A DNA stretch of 64,000 nucleotides, from positions 14,487-78,486 of the forward strand of contig JBEBIT010000008.1 in NCBI GenBank assembly GCA_040080215.1, given 5' to 3'. Numbering within the stretch: position 1 is the first letter of the stretch; every line of letters begins with the position of its first letter. The position numbers and the translations under genes were made by a program. The notes under the pieces were generated by a model. That model did not search any database. It worked only from the letters and a program-made list of their open reading frames with translations, and was not told the DNA's origin. The DNA is from Steroidobacteraceae bacterium. Lineage in GTDB: Bacteria; Pseudomonadota; Gammaproteobacteria; Steroidobacterales; Steroidobacteraceae. This document shows positions 8,040 to 16,366 of the stretch, one piece after another.

Positions 8040-10202
8040 ATGAAGTACCGGATGCCCGTCGCCGTGTTGGTGGCAACACTCTGTTCCCCGCTGGGTGGGT
8101 GCGATCGCGATGGGGCGTCTGCAGGCCAGGCCGACGCCGATTGGCCCGCGTACGGTGGGCATGAAACCGGCGACCGCTATTCGGGCCTCACGCAGATCAC
8201 GCCTGCCAACGTCACCAGCCTCAAGGTCGCGTGGCGCGTCGATCACGCAGGGACCGGCGAATCCCAGACGCAGCCGCTGGTCGTGGGCGGCACCGTGTAC
8301 ACGTATACGCCGGACCACAAGGTGCTGGCCCTCGATGCCGCTACAGGCGAACGTCGCTGGCAGTTCGATTCCGGACTCGTCGGCACTGGCCCTGCGCGCG
8401 GCCTGACGTGGTGGACGGACGGCAAGACGAGCCGCGTGTTTGCAAGCGTAATGAATTACCTCTTTGCGCTCGATCCTGCCACCGGCACGCCGCTGCAGGA
8501 CTTCGGCGTTCAAGGCGCGGTCGACTTGCGGCAGGGTCTGCGGGGCGACCCCCACGATCACTTCGTCGCGCTGACTTCGCCCGGCATTGTCTACAAGGAC
8601 CTCCTCATCGTCGGCTTCCGCACCAGCGAGACGATGCCTGCGCCGCCCGGCGATATCCGTGCGTACGATGTCCGCACCGGCGAGCTGCGCTGGACTTTCC
8701 ATACCCTGCCTGAGGCCAACGAGCCCGGCGCAGGAAGCTGGCCGGGCGACGCTCGTGCAACATCCGGAGCAGCCAACAACTGGGTAGGCATGGTGATCGA
8801 TGCGGGACGGGGCATCGTCTACGTGCCCACCGGATCCGCGGTGCCCGACTTCATCGGCATCGATCGCAAAGGCGACAACCTGTATGCGAACTCGCTGCTG
8901 GCGCTCGATGCCGCGACGGGCAAGCGCCTGTGGCATTTCCAGCTGGTGCACCACGATATCTGGGACCGCGATCCGCCGTCGCCCCCGGTGCTACTCACGA
9001 TCCGGCGCAATGGCAAGCAGATCGATGCCGTCGCACAGACGACGAAGCAGGGTTTCGTGTTCGTGTTCGATCGCGTGAGCGGCGAGCCGCTGTTTCCGGT
9101 CGAGGAACGCGCCTACCCGGCCAGCTCGCTCCCCGGTGAAGTGGCTTCACCTACGCAGCCCTTTCCGGTGCTGCCCGAACCCATCGCGCGGCAGCGGCTG
9201 ACAGAAGACATGCTGACGACAAGGACGCCTGAGGCCCATGCTGCGGCGCTGGATCGGTTCCGGACAATGCGCAGCGACGGGCAGTTTGTTCCGCTCGCGC
9301 TTGGCAAGCCCACCGTGGTCTTCCCGGGCTTCGACGGGGGAGCCGAGTGGGGCGGCGCCGCTGTGGATCCGCGGTCGGGCGTGCTGTACGTCAATGCGAA
9401 CGATGTGGCGTGGACCGGCGAGCTCGCACCTAACGTACCCGTCACGGGCGTCGCCGCGTCGCTGTACCAGGTACAGTGCGCCGCGTGTCATGGCGTCGAG
9501 CGCAAGGGCTCGCCACCCGCGTTTCCGTCACTCGTCGATGTGGGGCGGCGTCTCCCGGCTGCCGACGTTGTGACGGTCATCCGTGACGGGCGAGGCCGGA
9601 TGCCGCCGTTCGGCGCGCTGGGCGCGGAATCCATTGCCCTGCTCCAGGATTATCTGGTCACCGGCAACGATCGGCCTCTGCCGAGCCCCGTGGCATCCGC
9701 AGGCCCGGTGACTGCAGCACAGGCCGGCAGGGAGCCGATGACGAGGACGCTGCGCAACCCCAGCTCGCCGGGCAAGTACCGCTTCACGGGGTACCAGAAG
9801 TTCCTGGATGCAGACGGCTATCCCGCGATCGTACCCCCGTGGGGAACGCTCAACGCCATCGACCTCAACACCGGAAAGTATTTATGGAAGGTGCCGCTCG
9901 GCGAATATCCTGAGCTGGTGGCGCAGGGCATGAAGGACACGGGGTCGGAAAACTACGGTGGCCCGGTCGTTACCGAGGGCGGGCTGGTGTTCATCGGCGC
10001 GACGGTGTTCGACCACAAGCTGCGCGCATTCGACAGCAGGACCGGGAAGGTGTTGTGGCAGTACGAGCTGCCCTATGCGGGGACCGCGACGCCGGCGGTC
10101 TACAGCGTGGCAGGCAAGCAGTATGTCGTCATTTCCACCAGCAACGCGCGCAACCGCAATGCGCCGCAGGGGAGCGCGCTGATCGCCTTTTCACTTCCGT
10201 GA
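8040..10202 (+). CDS. PQQ-dependent beta-propeller dehydrogenase (glucose/quinate dehydrogenase-like) with an internally inserted c-type cytochrome domain; probable lipoprotein
   Basis: The ATG at 8040 lies downstream of the terminator and is preceded by AGGTGCAGG. The leader MKYRMPVAVLVATLCSPLGGCD contains the lipobox LGGC. The propeller motifs are DWPAYGGHETGDRYSGLTQITPANVTSLKVAWR, ALDAATGERRWQF and ALDAATGKRLWHF. The CAACHG haem site (YQVQCAACHGVERKG...GRMPPFG) sits between propeller segments. Confidence 0.9.
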   Translation: MKYRMPVAVLVATLCSPLGGCDRDGASAGQADADWPAYGGHETGDRYSGLTQITPANVTSLKVAWRVDHAGTGESQTQPLVVGGTVYTYTPDHKVLALDAATGERRWQFDSGLVGTGPARGLTWWTDGKTSRVFASVMNYLFALDPATGTPLQDFGVQGAVDLRQGLRGDPHDHFVALTSPGIVYKDLLIVGFRTSETMPAPPGDIRAYDVRTGELRWTFHTLPEANEPGAGSWPGDARATSGAANNWVGMVIDAGRGIVYVPTGSAVPDFIGIDRKGDNLYANSLLALDAATGKRLWHFQLVHHDIWDRDPPSPPVLLTIRRNGKQIDAVAQTTKQGFVFVFDRVSGEPLFPVEERAYPASSLPGEVASPTQPFPVLPEPIARQRLTEDMLTTRTPEAHAAALDRFRTMRSDGQFVPLALGKPTVVFPGFDGGAEWGGAAVDPRSGVLYVNANDVAWTGELAPNVPVTGVAASLYQVQCAACHGVERKGSPPAFPSLVDVGRRLPAADVVTVIRDGRGRMPPFGALGAESIALLQDYLVTGNDRPLPSPVASAGPVTAAQAGREPMTRTLRNPSSPGKYRFTGYQKFLDADGYPAIVPPWGTLNAIDLNTGKYLWKVPLGEYPELVAQGMKDTGSENYGGPVVTEGGLVFIGATVFDHKLRAFDSRTGKVLWQYELPYAGTATPAVYSVAGKQYVVISTSNARNRNAPQGSALIAFSLP

Positions 10203-10223
10203 GCAGGCGATCAGCGCGGCGTC

Positions 10224-10637
10224 TTACTCGGCCTTGGGACGAGCGATGTCCGTATACAGCCGCGTGCCGTCCGGCTTGTTGATGTAGAACAGGGCGCCGC
10301 CCTTGTTGCCGTCGCGCAGCGGATGGATCACCGCGTCGATGGGCTCACCGGCCTTCAGGGTCGACTTGGTCCAGCCCTGGCGGCCCATGATGACCGTGCC
10401 GCCGCCGCACTCGAAGTCCCACAGGCCGACCAGCGCCGGGTCGATGCCGGGCGCTGCGTCAACCTTGACGGTCACGTGCACGTGCGGGTTCATCCACTTG
10501 TATTCGACTACCGTGCCCTTCACGGCGACATTCTTGTCCATCTCGAACATGGCAAACGAATGATGGGCGAGGGCCGGCATCGCGATCGCGCCAGCCAGTG
10601 CCAGGGAAGCGAGCCATCGGGAAAGGTTGGGTCTCAT
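10224..10637 (-). CDS. Small secreted protein, family B (copy B2); paralog of 3417..3809
   Basis: Internal ATG at 10637-10635 of ORF 10224..10988(-). The sequence MRPNLSRWLASLALAGAIAMPALA is followed directly by HHSFAMFEMDKNVAVKGTVVEYKWMNPHVHVTVKV and, later, IHPLRDGNKG. Confidence 0.8.
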   Translation of the reverse strand: MRPNLSRWLASLALAGAIAMPALAHHSFAMFEMDKNVAVKGTVVEYKWMNPHVHVTVKVDAAPGIDPALVGLWDFECGGGTVIMGRQGWTKSTLKAGEPIDAVIHPLRDGNKGGALFYINKPDGTRLYTDIARPKAE

Positions 10638-10678
10638 CGCAGTTACTCCGTCAGTAGCCGGGCAGTCCGCTGGCAGTG

Positions 10679-11419
10679 CTATTTCGCGGACGGCGGGTTG
10701 GCAAAGAACTCGGCGCGCTCCTTGTCGAGCGGATCGCAGTCGAGCGTTGTTTGTACTTCGTAGAACTTCGGCGCCCGCGTATAGCGGTACGCGTAGGTGT
10801 GCGGCGTCTTGAAGACCTTGGGGTCCTCCCAGGTGAACGTGACGATCAGCGCATTGCCGTTGTTCGCGAGGCGATAACGTTCGGTGAGCTTGCTGTCCGT
10901 CGTGCGGAACCCGCCTCCGGGCAGCAGCGTCAGGCCCTTGTCGCCGTCGATGCCGACGGTCGTGACGACGAACGTATTGCCTTCCCAATGCCCGACGGAG
11001 TCGCCCGTCGACGTGAAGTCATAGTCGTCGAGGAGCATGTTGTCCTTGCGGTCGAGGTAGATGTGCCTCGGCGTCGCGCGCGTCTCGAAGTTGACCAGGA
11101 CCTCGTGGGCGGACTGGCGGATGTCGATCGGGCGCGGTGAATCCATGGCCATCGGCATGCCGATGAAGTAGCACCACCTGCGGGAGTTCGCATCCTTGGC
11201 CCGGTGTTCGGCAATGACGGCAGGCGTGACGGACGGCTGCAGGTTCGCTTGCGGAATATTGCGGCCGTCGTAGGGGAGTTCCCAGAAGCCGCTGATGTTA
11301 TGCGGATCGAACGACGCAGCCGGTGCCGCAGCCTGGGCAGGCAACACCATCGAGAGCGCCGTCGCCACGGTGGCGGCACGCAGCGAGGCGCGTACGAGAT
11401 TCTTGAGTGCGAATGCCAT
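10679..11419 (-). CDS. Secreted protein of unknown function, family A subtype I (copy A3)
   Basis: The ATG at 11419-11417 (MAFALKNLVRASLRAATVATALSMVLPAQAAAP) is preceded by AGGAG. Motifs present are NISGFWE, SRRWCYFIGMP, GHWEGNTFVVTT, PGGGFRT, LTERYRL, FTWEDPKVFKTPHTY and LDCDP. Confidence 0.8.
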   Translation of the reverse strand: MAFALKNLVRASLRAATVATALSMVLPAQAAAPAASFDPHNISGFWELPYDGRNIPQANLQPSVTPAVIAEHRAKDANSRRWCYFIGMPMAMDSPRPIDIRQSAHEVLVNFETRATPRHIYLDRKDNMLLDDYDFTSTGDSVGHWEGNTFVVTTVGIDGDKGLTLLPGGGFRTTDSKLTERYRLANNGNALIVTFTWEDPKVFKTPHTYAYRYTRAPKFYEVQTTLDCDPLDKERAEFFANPPSAK

Positions 11420-11427
11420 GGACGTCG

Positions 11428-12264
11428 TTACTCCTGCTTGGGCGGAGCCACGCCCTGTGACTGCTTGGGATCCGCGGCGTCGCAGTACCACTCGAACGCG
11501 AGCTGCCTTGGTAGTCCGCGTTCCGCGAGGATCTCGAACGTATGCGGCTTCGTGTAGATCTTCGGGTCCGTGAAGGTGTAGCGCATCGTGAGGCGATTGC
11601 CATCGGGGGACAGGCTGTAGCGCTCGACCAGGACCGTCTCCGGCGTCTTGTAGCCGCCGGCCGGGACACCGCCTGGCGTGAGTCCGACGGTTTCGAACAC
11701 CAGCGCACCGCCTTCATAGCGGCCTACCGAATGGCCGGTCGCGGTCGGCACAAAGCGCTTGAGGTCGGGATGCGGACGGCCGTCCATGTAGATGTTCCGG
11801 CCAAGGCCCGGATTCTCACGGACGATCACGACCTCGTCGCGGTCCTGCACGATGTGGAACGCGGCCGAGTTCGGTTCAATTCCGCCAGGGAAGCCGCACG
11901 TGCCGGCAGTAACCACGTAGGCCTCGCCGTTCTGGTACTTCTTGTTCGGATCCCATGCACCCGTCCGCGGGCCTGCCTTCTTCTCGCGTTCCCGCTGTTC
12001 CGCGTAGGCCGGAGTCAGGGAGGCTTGCGGAAAACCCGCGGCGAGGTTGTCGAAACTGCCGGACCCGGTCGCATCGATGCGAACCCAGGCACCAGTCAGG
12101 TCCGGAATGCCACCGGCCGGCTGTGCCGCGCTTGCGGGTGCGACAGTACCGAGCGCGCCCGCGGCGACCGTGATCGGGATCGCCAGCCACCGTGAGAAGC
12201 GGCGGACAGCAGGCGGACTGCGTCTTGCAATCGTCGCGTTGGTTAGCGAAGCGTGGGCTGGCAT
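11428..12264 (-). CDS. Secreted protein of unknown function, family A subtype II (copy A4)
   Basis: ORF 11428..12303(-). I prefer the ATG at 12264 because GGAG lies about 8 nt upstream. Motifs present are IPDLTGAW, RNIYMDGRPHP, GHSVGRYEGGALVFET, AGGYKTP, LVERYSL, YTFTDPKIYTKPHTF and WYCDAADP...APPKQE. Confidence 0.8.
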   Translation of the reverse strand: MPAHASLTNATIARRSPPAVRRFSRWLAIPITVAAGALGTVAPASAAQPAGGIPDLTGAWVRIDATGSGSFDNLAAGFPQASLTPAYAEQREREKKAGPRTGAWDPNKKYQNGEAYVVTAGTCGFPGGIEPNSAAFHIVQDRDEVVIVRENPGLGRNIYMDGRPHPDLKRFVPTATGHSVGRYEGGALVFETVGLTPGGVPAGGYKTPETVLVERYSLSPDGNRLTMRYTFTDPKIYTKPHTFEILAERGLPRQLAFEWYCDAADPKQSQGVAPPKQE

Positions 12265-12309
12265 TGTGGGTCTCCGGAGGGCTCCATCCAGCGGCCTCGG
12301 CACTGAAAT

Positions 12310-12321
12310 GGAAACGATTAC
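12310..12321. promoter_or_regulatory. Degenerate copy (10/12) of the GTAATCGATTAC palindrome: GGAAACGATTAC
   Basis: Read directly from the sequence. It lies about 46-57 nt upstream of the proposed start of the A4-A3-B2 operon. It has two mismatches, both in one half-site. Confidence 0.35.
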
Positions 12322-12408
12322 ACCGTTACGATGTCGGGAATCTAGCGCAATCGATGCGCAGAGGGCAATGCTGGATCTTCGCTGCTGCAGTGCGATATCG
12401 CGAGGCGG

Positions 12409-13461
12409 TCAGTCGGCCCGGCCGGTCGAGGTACGAACGATCAGCGAATGCGGCAGGACGATGGTGCGCACCGCATCGCCCGACAGGTCGGCCTCGTCCT
12501 GCAGCATCTCGATCATGAGCTGCATGGCCATTTCGCCGATGGCGGCCTGTGGCTGGTGGATCGTGGTCAGCGGCGGGTCGCAGTAGCCGGAAAAGCGGAT
12601 GTCGTCAAAGCCGACGATCGAGATATCGCGGGGTATCCTCAGTCGGGTTTCCTTGATCGCACGAGCAGCGCCGATCGCCATTTCGTCGTTGGAGCAGAAC
12701 ACGCCGGTCGGCTTCATTGGCTTGCCGAGCAGCGTTTTCATCGCGGCATAGCCAGAGGGCGCCGAGAAGTCGCCGTTGACGATGAGTTCCTCGTCGACCT
12801 TGATCTTTGCCTGGGCCATGCATTGCCTGAAGCCGGCAAGCCGGTCCTTGCTCAAGGGGTTGTGCATCGGGCCCGTGATCTTGGCGATGCGCGTGTGCCC
12901 GAGGCGGATCAGGTGCTCCGTTGCCATGGCCGCCGCCGCGACGTTGTCGATCCTCACGTTCGGCAGCTTGATGTGGTCGAAATATTCGCAAGCGGTAACG
13001 ACCGGGATGGATGAGCGCTCGTCGTCCGTCGCATTCTTGAGGATCGAGGGCAGCAGGGCGCCGAGCAGGATCAGGCCATCCGCTTCCTTGCGTGCCAGCA
13101 TGGAGGCATAGCTGTCCAGCCTTTCCTGGTTGCCCTGGCTTTCCCCAAGCAGCACCTTGTAACCGCTCAGGTGGGCGAGGTTCTCGATGCCACGGATGAC
13201 GTTCGAGAAGAACGGGTTATGGATGGAAGGCACGACGACGACGATGCTGTCGCTCTTCTGGCGGCGCAGGCGGCTCGCGAGCGCATTGGGGCGGTAGCCG
13301 GACTTGCGGATTGCGTTCTCGACCCGCTCGCGGGTGGCGGCACGGACGGTGTCCGGGGAGGCCAGGGTCCTGGAGACGGTTGCGACCGAAACCTTGGCAA
13401 CGCGGGCCACGTCCCGGATCGTGGGCGTCTGGCTCGTCTTCGTGCGGGTTCGGCGTGTCAT
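12409..13461 (-). CDS. LacI-family transcriptional regulator
   Basis: ORF 12409..13461(-), 350 aa. It has an N-terminal HTH (TIRDVARVAKVSVATVSRTLASPDTVRAATRERVENAIRKSGYRPNALA) followed by a periplasmic-binding-protein-like sugar-binding fold. Confidence 0.95.
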   Translation of the reverse strand: MTRRTRTKTSQTPTIRDVARVAKVSVATVSRTLASPDTVRAATRERVENAIRKSGYRPNALASRLRRQKSDSIVVVVPSIHNPFFSNVIRGIENLAHLSGYKVLLGESQGNQERLDSYASMLARKEADGLILLGALLPSILKNATDDERSSIPVVTACEYFDHIKLPNVRIDNVAAAAMATEHLIRLGHTRIAKITGPMHNPLSKDRLAGFRQCMAQAKIKVDEELIVNGDFSAPSGYAAMKTLLGKPMKPTGVFCSNDEMAIGAARAIKETRLRIPRDISIVGFDDIRFSGYCDPPLTTIHQPQAAIGEMAMQLMIEMLQDEADLSGDAVRTIVLPHSLIVRTSTGRAD

Positions 13462-13654
13462 TTTTGTGGCAAGTCACAGCGGGGACCCATTGTTGCGGAT
13501 GCCCGTATACGCTGCAATGGCAAGGGACGTTTGACAGCGGTGTCAGTCGCGCTGCAAGCTCCCGCGGGCCTGCCGGTCGCGTAATTGGGGATGCGCTGAC
13601 CCGGCGCTGCGGGTCGCGGCGCAGTGGATAATCGAAGTCCTTGTCCCCACTGGC

Positions 13655-14923
13655 ATGCCATCAGAATCGTTGCGGGAACCGACCATGATCCAGTCTTTCA
13701 AGCCTCGCGCCATGAAGCTCAGCGTGTTGACCGCTGCATTGCGCGGACTCGTGCCGGCTGCGCGCCGCGAAGCCGACCCGGATCTGGAAGTGGAGGCGTG
13801 GCTCGATTTCGCCCGTGAGATCGGCTCGCCCAACATCCAGCTGTCGTGTGCCCTGCATCCGGACGAAAGCGACATCCCTGCCGAGGCGATGCTCGATCCC
13901 GTGGCCAATACGCTCGATCTGCGCAAGCCGCTGGACGCGAGGCGCGTGGCCCGTATCGAGCTTGCGATGCGTTCGACCGGAACGGGTTTGTCCGATCTCG
14001 CGTACTTCGACAACATGCTGGTTGCCGCGCCCGCCGCGCGTCGCTTGCGCCACGAGTTGATGCTGCGTGTGTTCGATGCCGCGACGGCATTGGGCGTCAA
14101 GGCGGTGTGCGGCTTTGTCGGGCGCAATCCCGATCTCGAGATGGACCAGAACCTCGCCATGTTCGAGGAGGTATTCGTGCCGCTCCTGCGCGAAGCGAAG
14201 GCGCGCGGCCTCGTGTACCGCGTCGAGCAGTGCCCGATGCCGGGCTGGAATGTCTCGGACAAGTGGCACAACAACATTGCCTACGCTCCAGGACCGTGGA
14301 TTGCGTTGCACCGGATCTGCGAGAAGCACGGTGTCGGTGACCAGTTCCGCATCCACTACGATCCTTCGCATGCCATCCTCATGGGGCAGGACACCCGCTC
14401 GCTGTTCCAGTACCTCAAGGATGAGGGCTACGGGTTCCTCATCGACGGCTTCCACGTGAAGGGACAAGTGATCGATGCGCGCGGCGTGTCGGCGTGGGGG
14501 TACGGTGGCCAGACGATGCAGCGCGGCGACTGGGTGGACGGCAAGCCGGCGAGGGATCCGTCACTGCAACGAAACGCATGGAAGAAGCAGGTGGTGCTCG
14601 CGGAACACGAATTGCCGGGCACAGCGCGACACGATCCGCTTGCATACCTGCAAAACCGCAGTGTCGACTGGCTCGATCACCAGCTCGCGGCTCGTGAGTT
14701 GCTGTCGATCGATGCGTCGCAGACGTATCTCGTCGTCGAGCACGAGTATCCCCCGGCGCGCGTCGACGACCGCCAGAAGCTCGGGCCGATCCTCCAGGGC
14801 TCGATGGCGTTCATCAAGGCCATCGACGAGGCCGCCGCCGCAATGCACGCGCTGCAGACGGAAGTGCTTGCGGCGCAGGGGATCCCGGTCCAGGGAATCG
14901 GCCGCGAGCCCTATCGCTCCTGA
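13655..14923 (+). CDS. Xylose-isomerase-like TIM-barrel protein (sugar phosphate isomerase/epimerase family), cytoplasmic; the start is uncertain (13655, 13685 or 13712)
   Basis: ORF 13655..14923. It has no signal peptide. The length and motifs ([22 protein letters not shown]) fit the large TIM-barrel members that commonly pair with Gfo/Idh/MocA oxidoreductases. Confidence 0.75.
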   Translation: MPSESLREPTMIQSFKPRAMKLSVLTAALRGLVPAARREADPDLEVEAWLDFAREIGSPNIQLSCALHPDESDIPAEAMLDPVANTLDLRKPLDARRVARIELAMRSTGTGLSDLAYFDNMLVAAPAARRLRHELMLRVFDAATALGVKAVCGFVGRNPDLEMDQNLAMFEEVFVPLLREAKARGLVYRVEQCPMPGWNVSDKWHNNIAYAPGPWIALHRICEKHGVGDQFRIHYDPSHAILMGQDTRSLFQYLKDEGYGFLIDGFHVKGQVIDARGVSAWGYGGQTMQRGDWVDGKPARDPSLQRNAWKKQVVLAEHELPGTARHDPLAYLQNRSVDWLDHQLAARELLSIDASQTYLVVEHEYPPARVDDRQKLGPILQGSMAFIKAIDEAAAAMHALQTEVLAAQGIPVQGIGREPYRS

Positions 14924-14965
14924 GTGATCGCGGCCGGACAAGAACAACAAGACGAGGGAAGCAAG

Positions 14966-16114
14966 ATGAGCTCGGAAGTGAAGGCCGACAGGCCGCTGCG
15001 TGCCGGCATCGTGGGAGGCGGTCAGGGTGCCTTCATCGGTCGCGTGCACCGCATGGCAGTCGAGCTCGACGGTGCGGCGCGCATTGTCGCCGGGGCGCTG
15101 TCGTCTGATCCTGCGCGCAACCGCGCGAGCGCGGCGGAATGGTTCCTCGATCGGGCCTACGACTCCTACGCGACGATGGCTATGGAAGAGGCAAAGCGGC
15201 CCGACGGTATCGACTTCGTCATCATCGCGACACCGAATCACCTGCATTTCCCGGTCGCAAAGGCCTTCCTGGATGCGGGCATCCATGTCGTGTGCGACAA
15301 GCCGATTGCGCTCTCCGTCGACGAGGCAACGACGCTCAAGACGCTCGCGGAGCAGCGGTCGCTGGTGTTCGGCCTGACCCACACTTACACGGGCTATCCC
15401 GCCGTCATCGAAGCTCGCGAGCGGGTCCGCTCGGGCCAGGTGGGCGAAGTCCGCAAGGTGCTTGTCGAATACCTGCAGGACTGGTTGATGGATCCGCTCG
15501 AGTCCACCGGCCAGAAGCAGGCCTCGTGGCGCACCGATCCGAAGAAGTCGGGCGAGAGCGGCTGTGTCGCCGACATCGGCACGCACTGCGAGAACCTGCT
15601 GGAGTTCATCACTGGCCTTGAGATCAAGTCGCTGTGCGCGGACTTCAGGATCTTCGTGGAAGGCCGGCTGCTCGACGACGACGCGAACATCCTGCTGCGC
15701 ATGAACAACGGCGCGACAGGCGTGCTGACCTGCTCGCAGGTGGCATGCGGCGAATCGAACGGCCTCAGTATCCGCATCTACGGATCGGAGGGCGGGCTCG
15801 AATGGCACCAGCAGGATCCGAACATCCTTGTCTTCAAGCCGAAAGGCCAGCCACACCAGCGTCTCGAAGTCGGTAACGGTTACATGGGCTCAGGCGCGAA
15901 GGGCGTCACGCGACTGCCGTCCGGTCATCCCGAGGGCTACATCGAAGCGTTTGCGACTTTGTATCGCAGCATCATCCGCGACATCTGGCGCCATCGCAGC
16001 GGCGTGCCGCTCGCGAGGGACTATCCAACTGCAGCGGACGGCGTCCGCGGTCTTGCGTTCCTGGCTTGCGCGATCGATAGCGCGCGGCGCGGCGCTCAGT
16101 GGGTGGATCTGTAG
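14966..16114 (+). CDS. Gfo/Idh/MocA-family NAD(P)-dependent oxidoreductase
   Basis: The ATG at 14966 is preceded by GAGGGAAG. The N-terminal Rossmann motif is LRAGIVGGGQGAFIGRVH, and IIATPNHLHFPVAKAFLDAGIHVVCDKP is typical of the family. Confidence 0.9.
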   Translation: MSSEVKADRPLRAGIVGGGQGAFIGRVHRMAVELDGAARIVAGALSSDPARNRASAAEWFLDRAYDSYATMAMEEAKRPDGIDFVIIATPNHLHFPVAKAFLDAGIHVVCDKPIALSVDEATTLKTLAEQRSLVFGLTHTYTGYPAVIEARERVRSGQVGEVRKVLVEYLQDWLMDPLESTGQKQASWRTDPKKSGESGCVADIGTHCENLLEFITGLEIKSLCADFRIFVEGRLLDDDANILLRMNNGATGVLTCSQVACGESNGLSIRIYGSEGGLEWHQQDPNILVFKPKGQPHQRLEVGNGYMGSGAKGVTRLPSGHPEGYIEAFATLYRSIIRDIWRHRSGVPLARDYPTAADGVRGLAFLACAIDSARRGAQWVDL

Positions 16115-16366
16115 TCGCTGATGACGCGGTTGCCGTTGGCTCCCAAAGGACGCTTGTGAACAGACGTGACCTTCTCGATTCAGCCTCACTTGCGACTGCG
16201 GTTTCGTTGCCCGGATCGTCCCGATCGTTCAAAACGGCCACGGCTGCGTGAGGCGACCGCTTAGCGGCTACGTTCTTCCTGCAGTTGGGGAGCGTTGCAA
16301 CCACCCCAACGACAACGGGTAACATTGCCCGCCTGACGTGGTTCAAGGCCGAACGAGGGGGAAAGT

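Noticed and set aside
12346-12360. GCGCAATCGATGCGC near-palindrome next to the degenerate operator upstream of the A4 operon
   Set aside because: Only the central ATCGAT is symmetric, and the arms are offset by one base. It matches the GTAATCGATTAC core at 8 of 12 positions, which is not enough to call.
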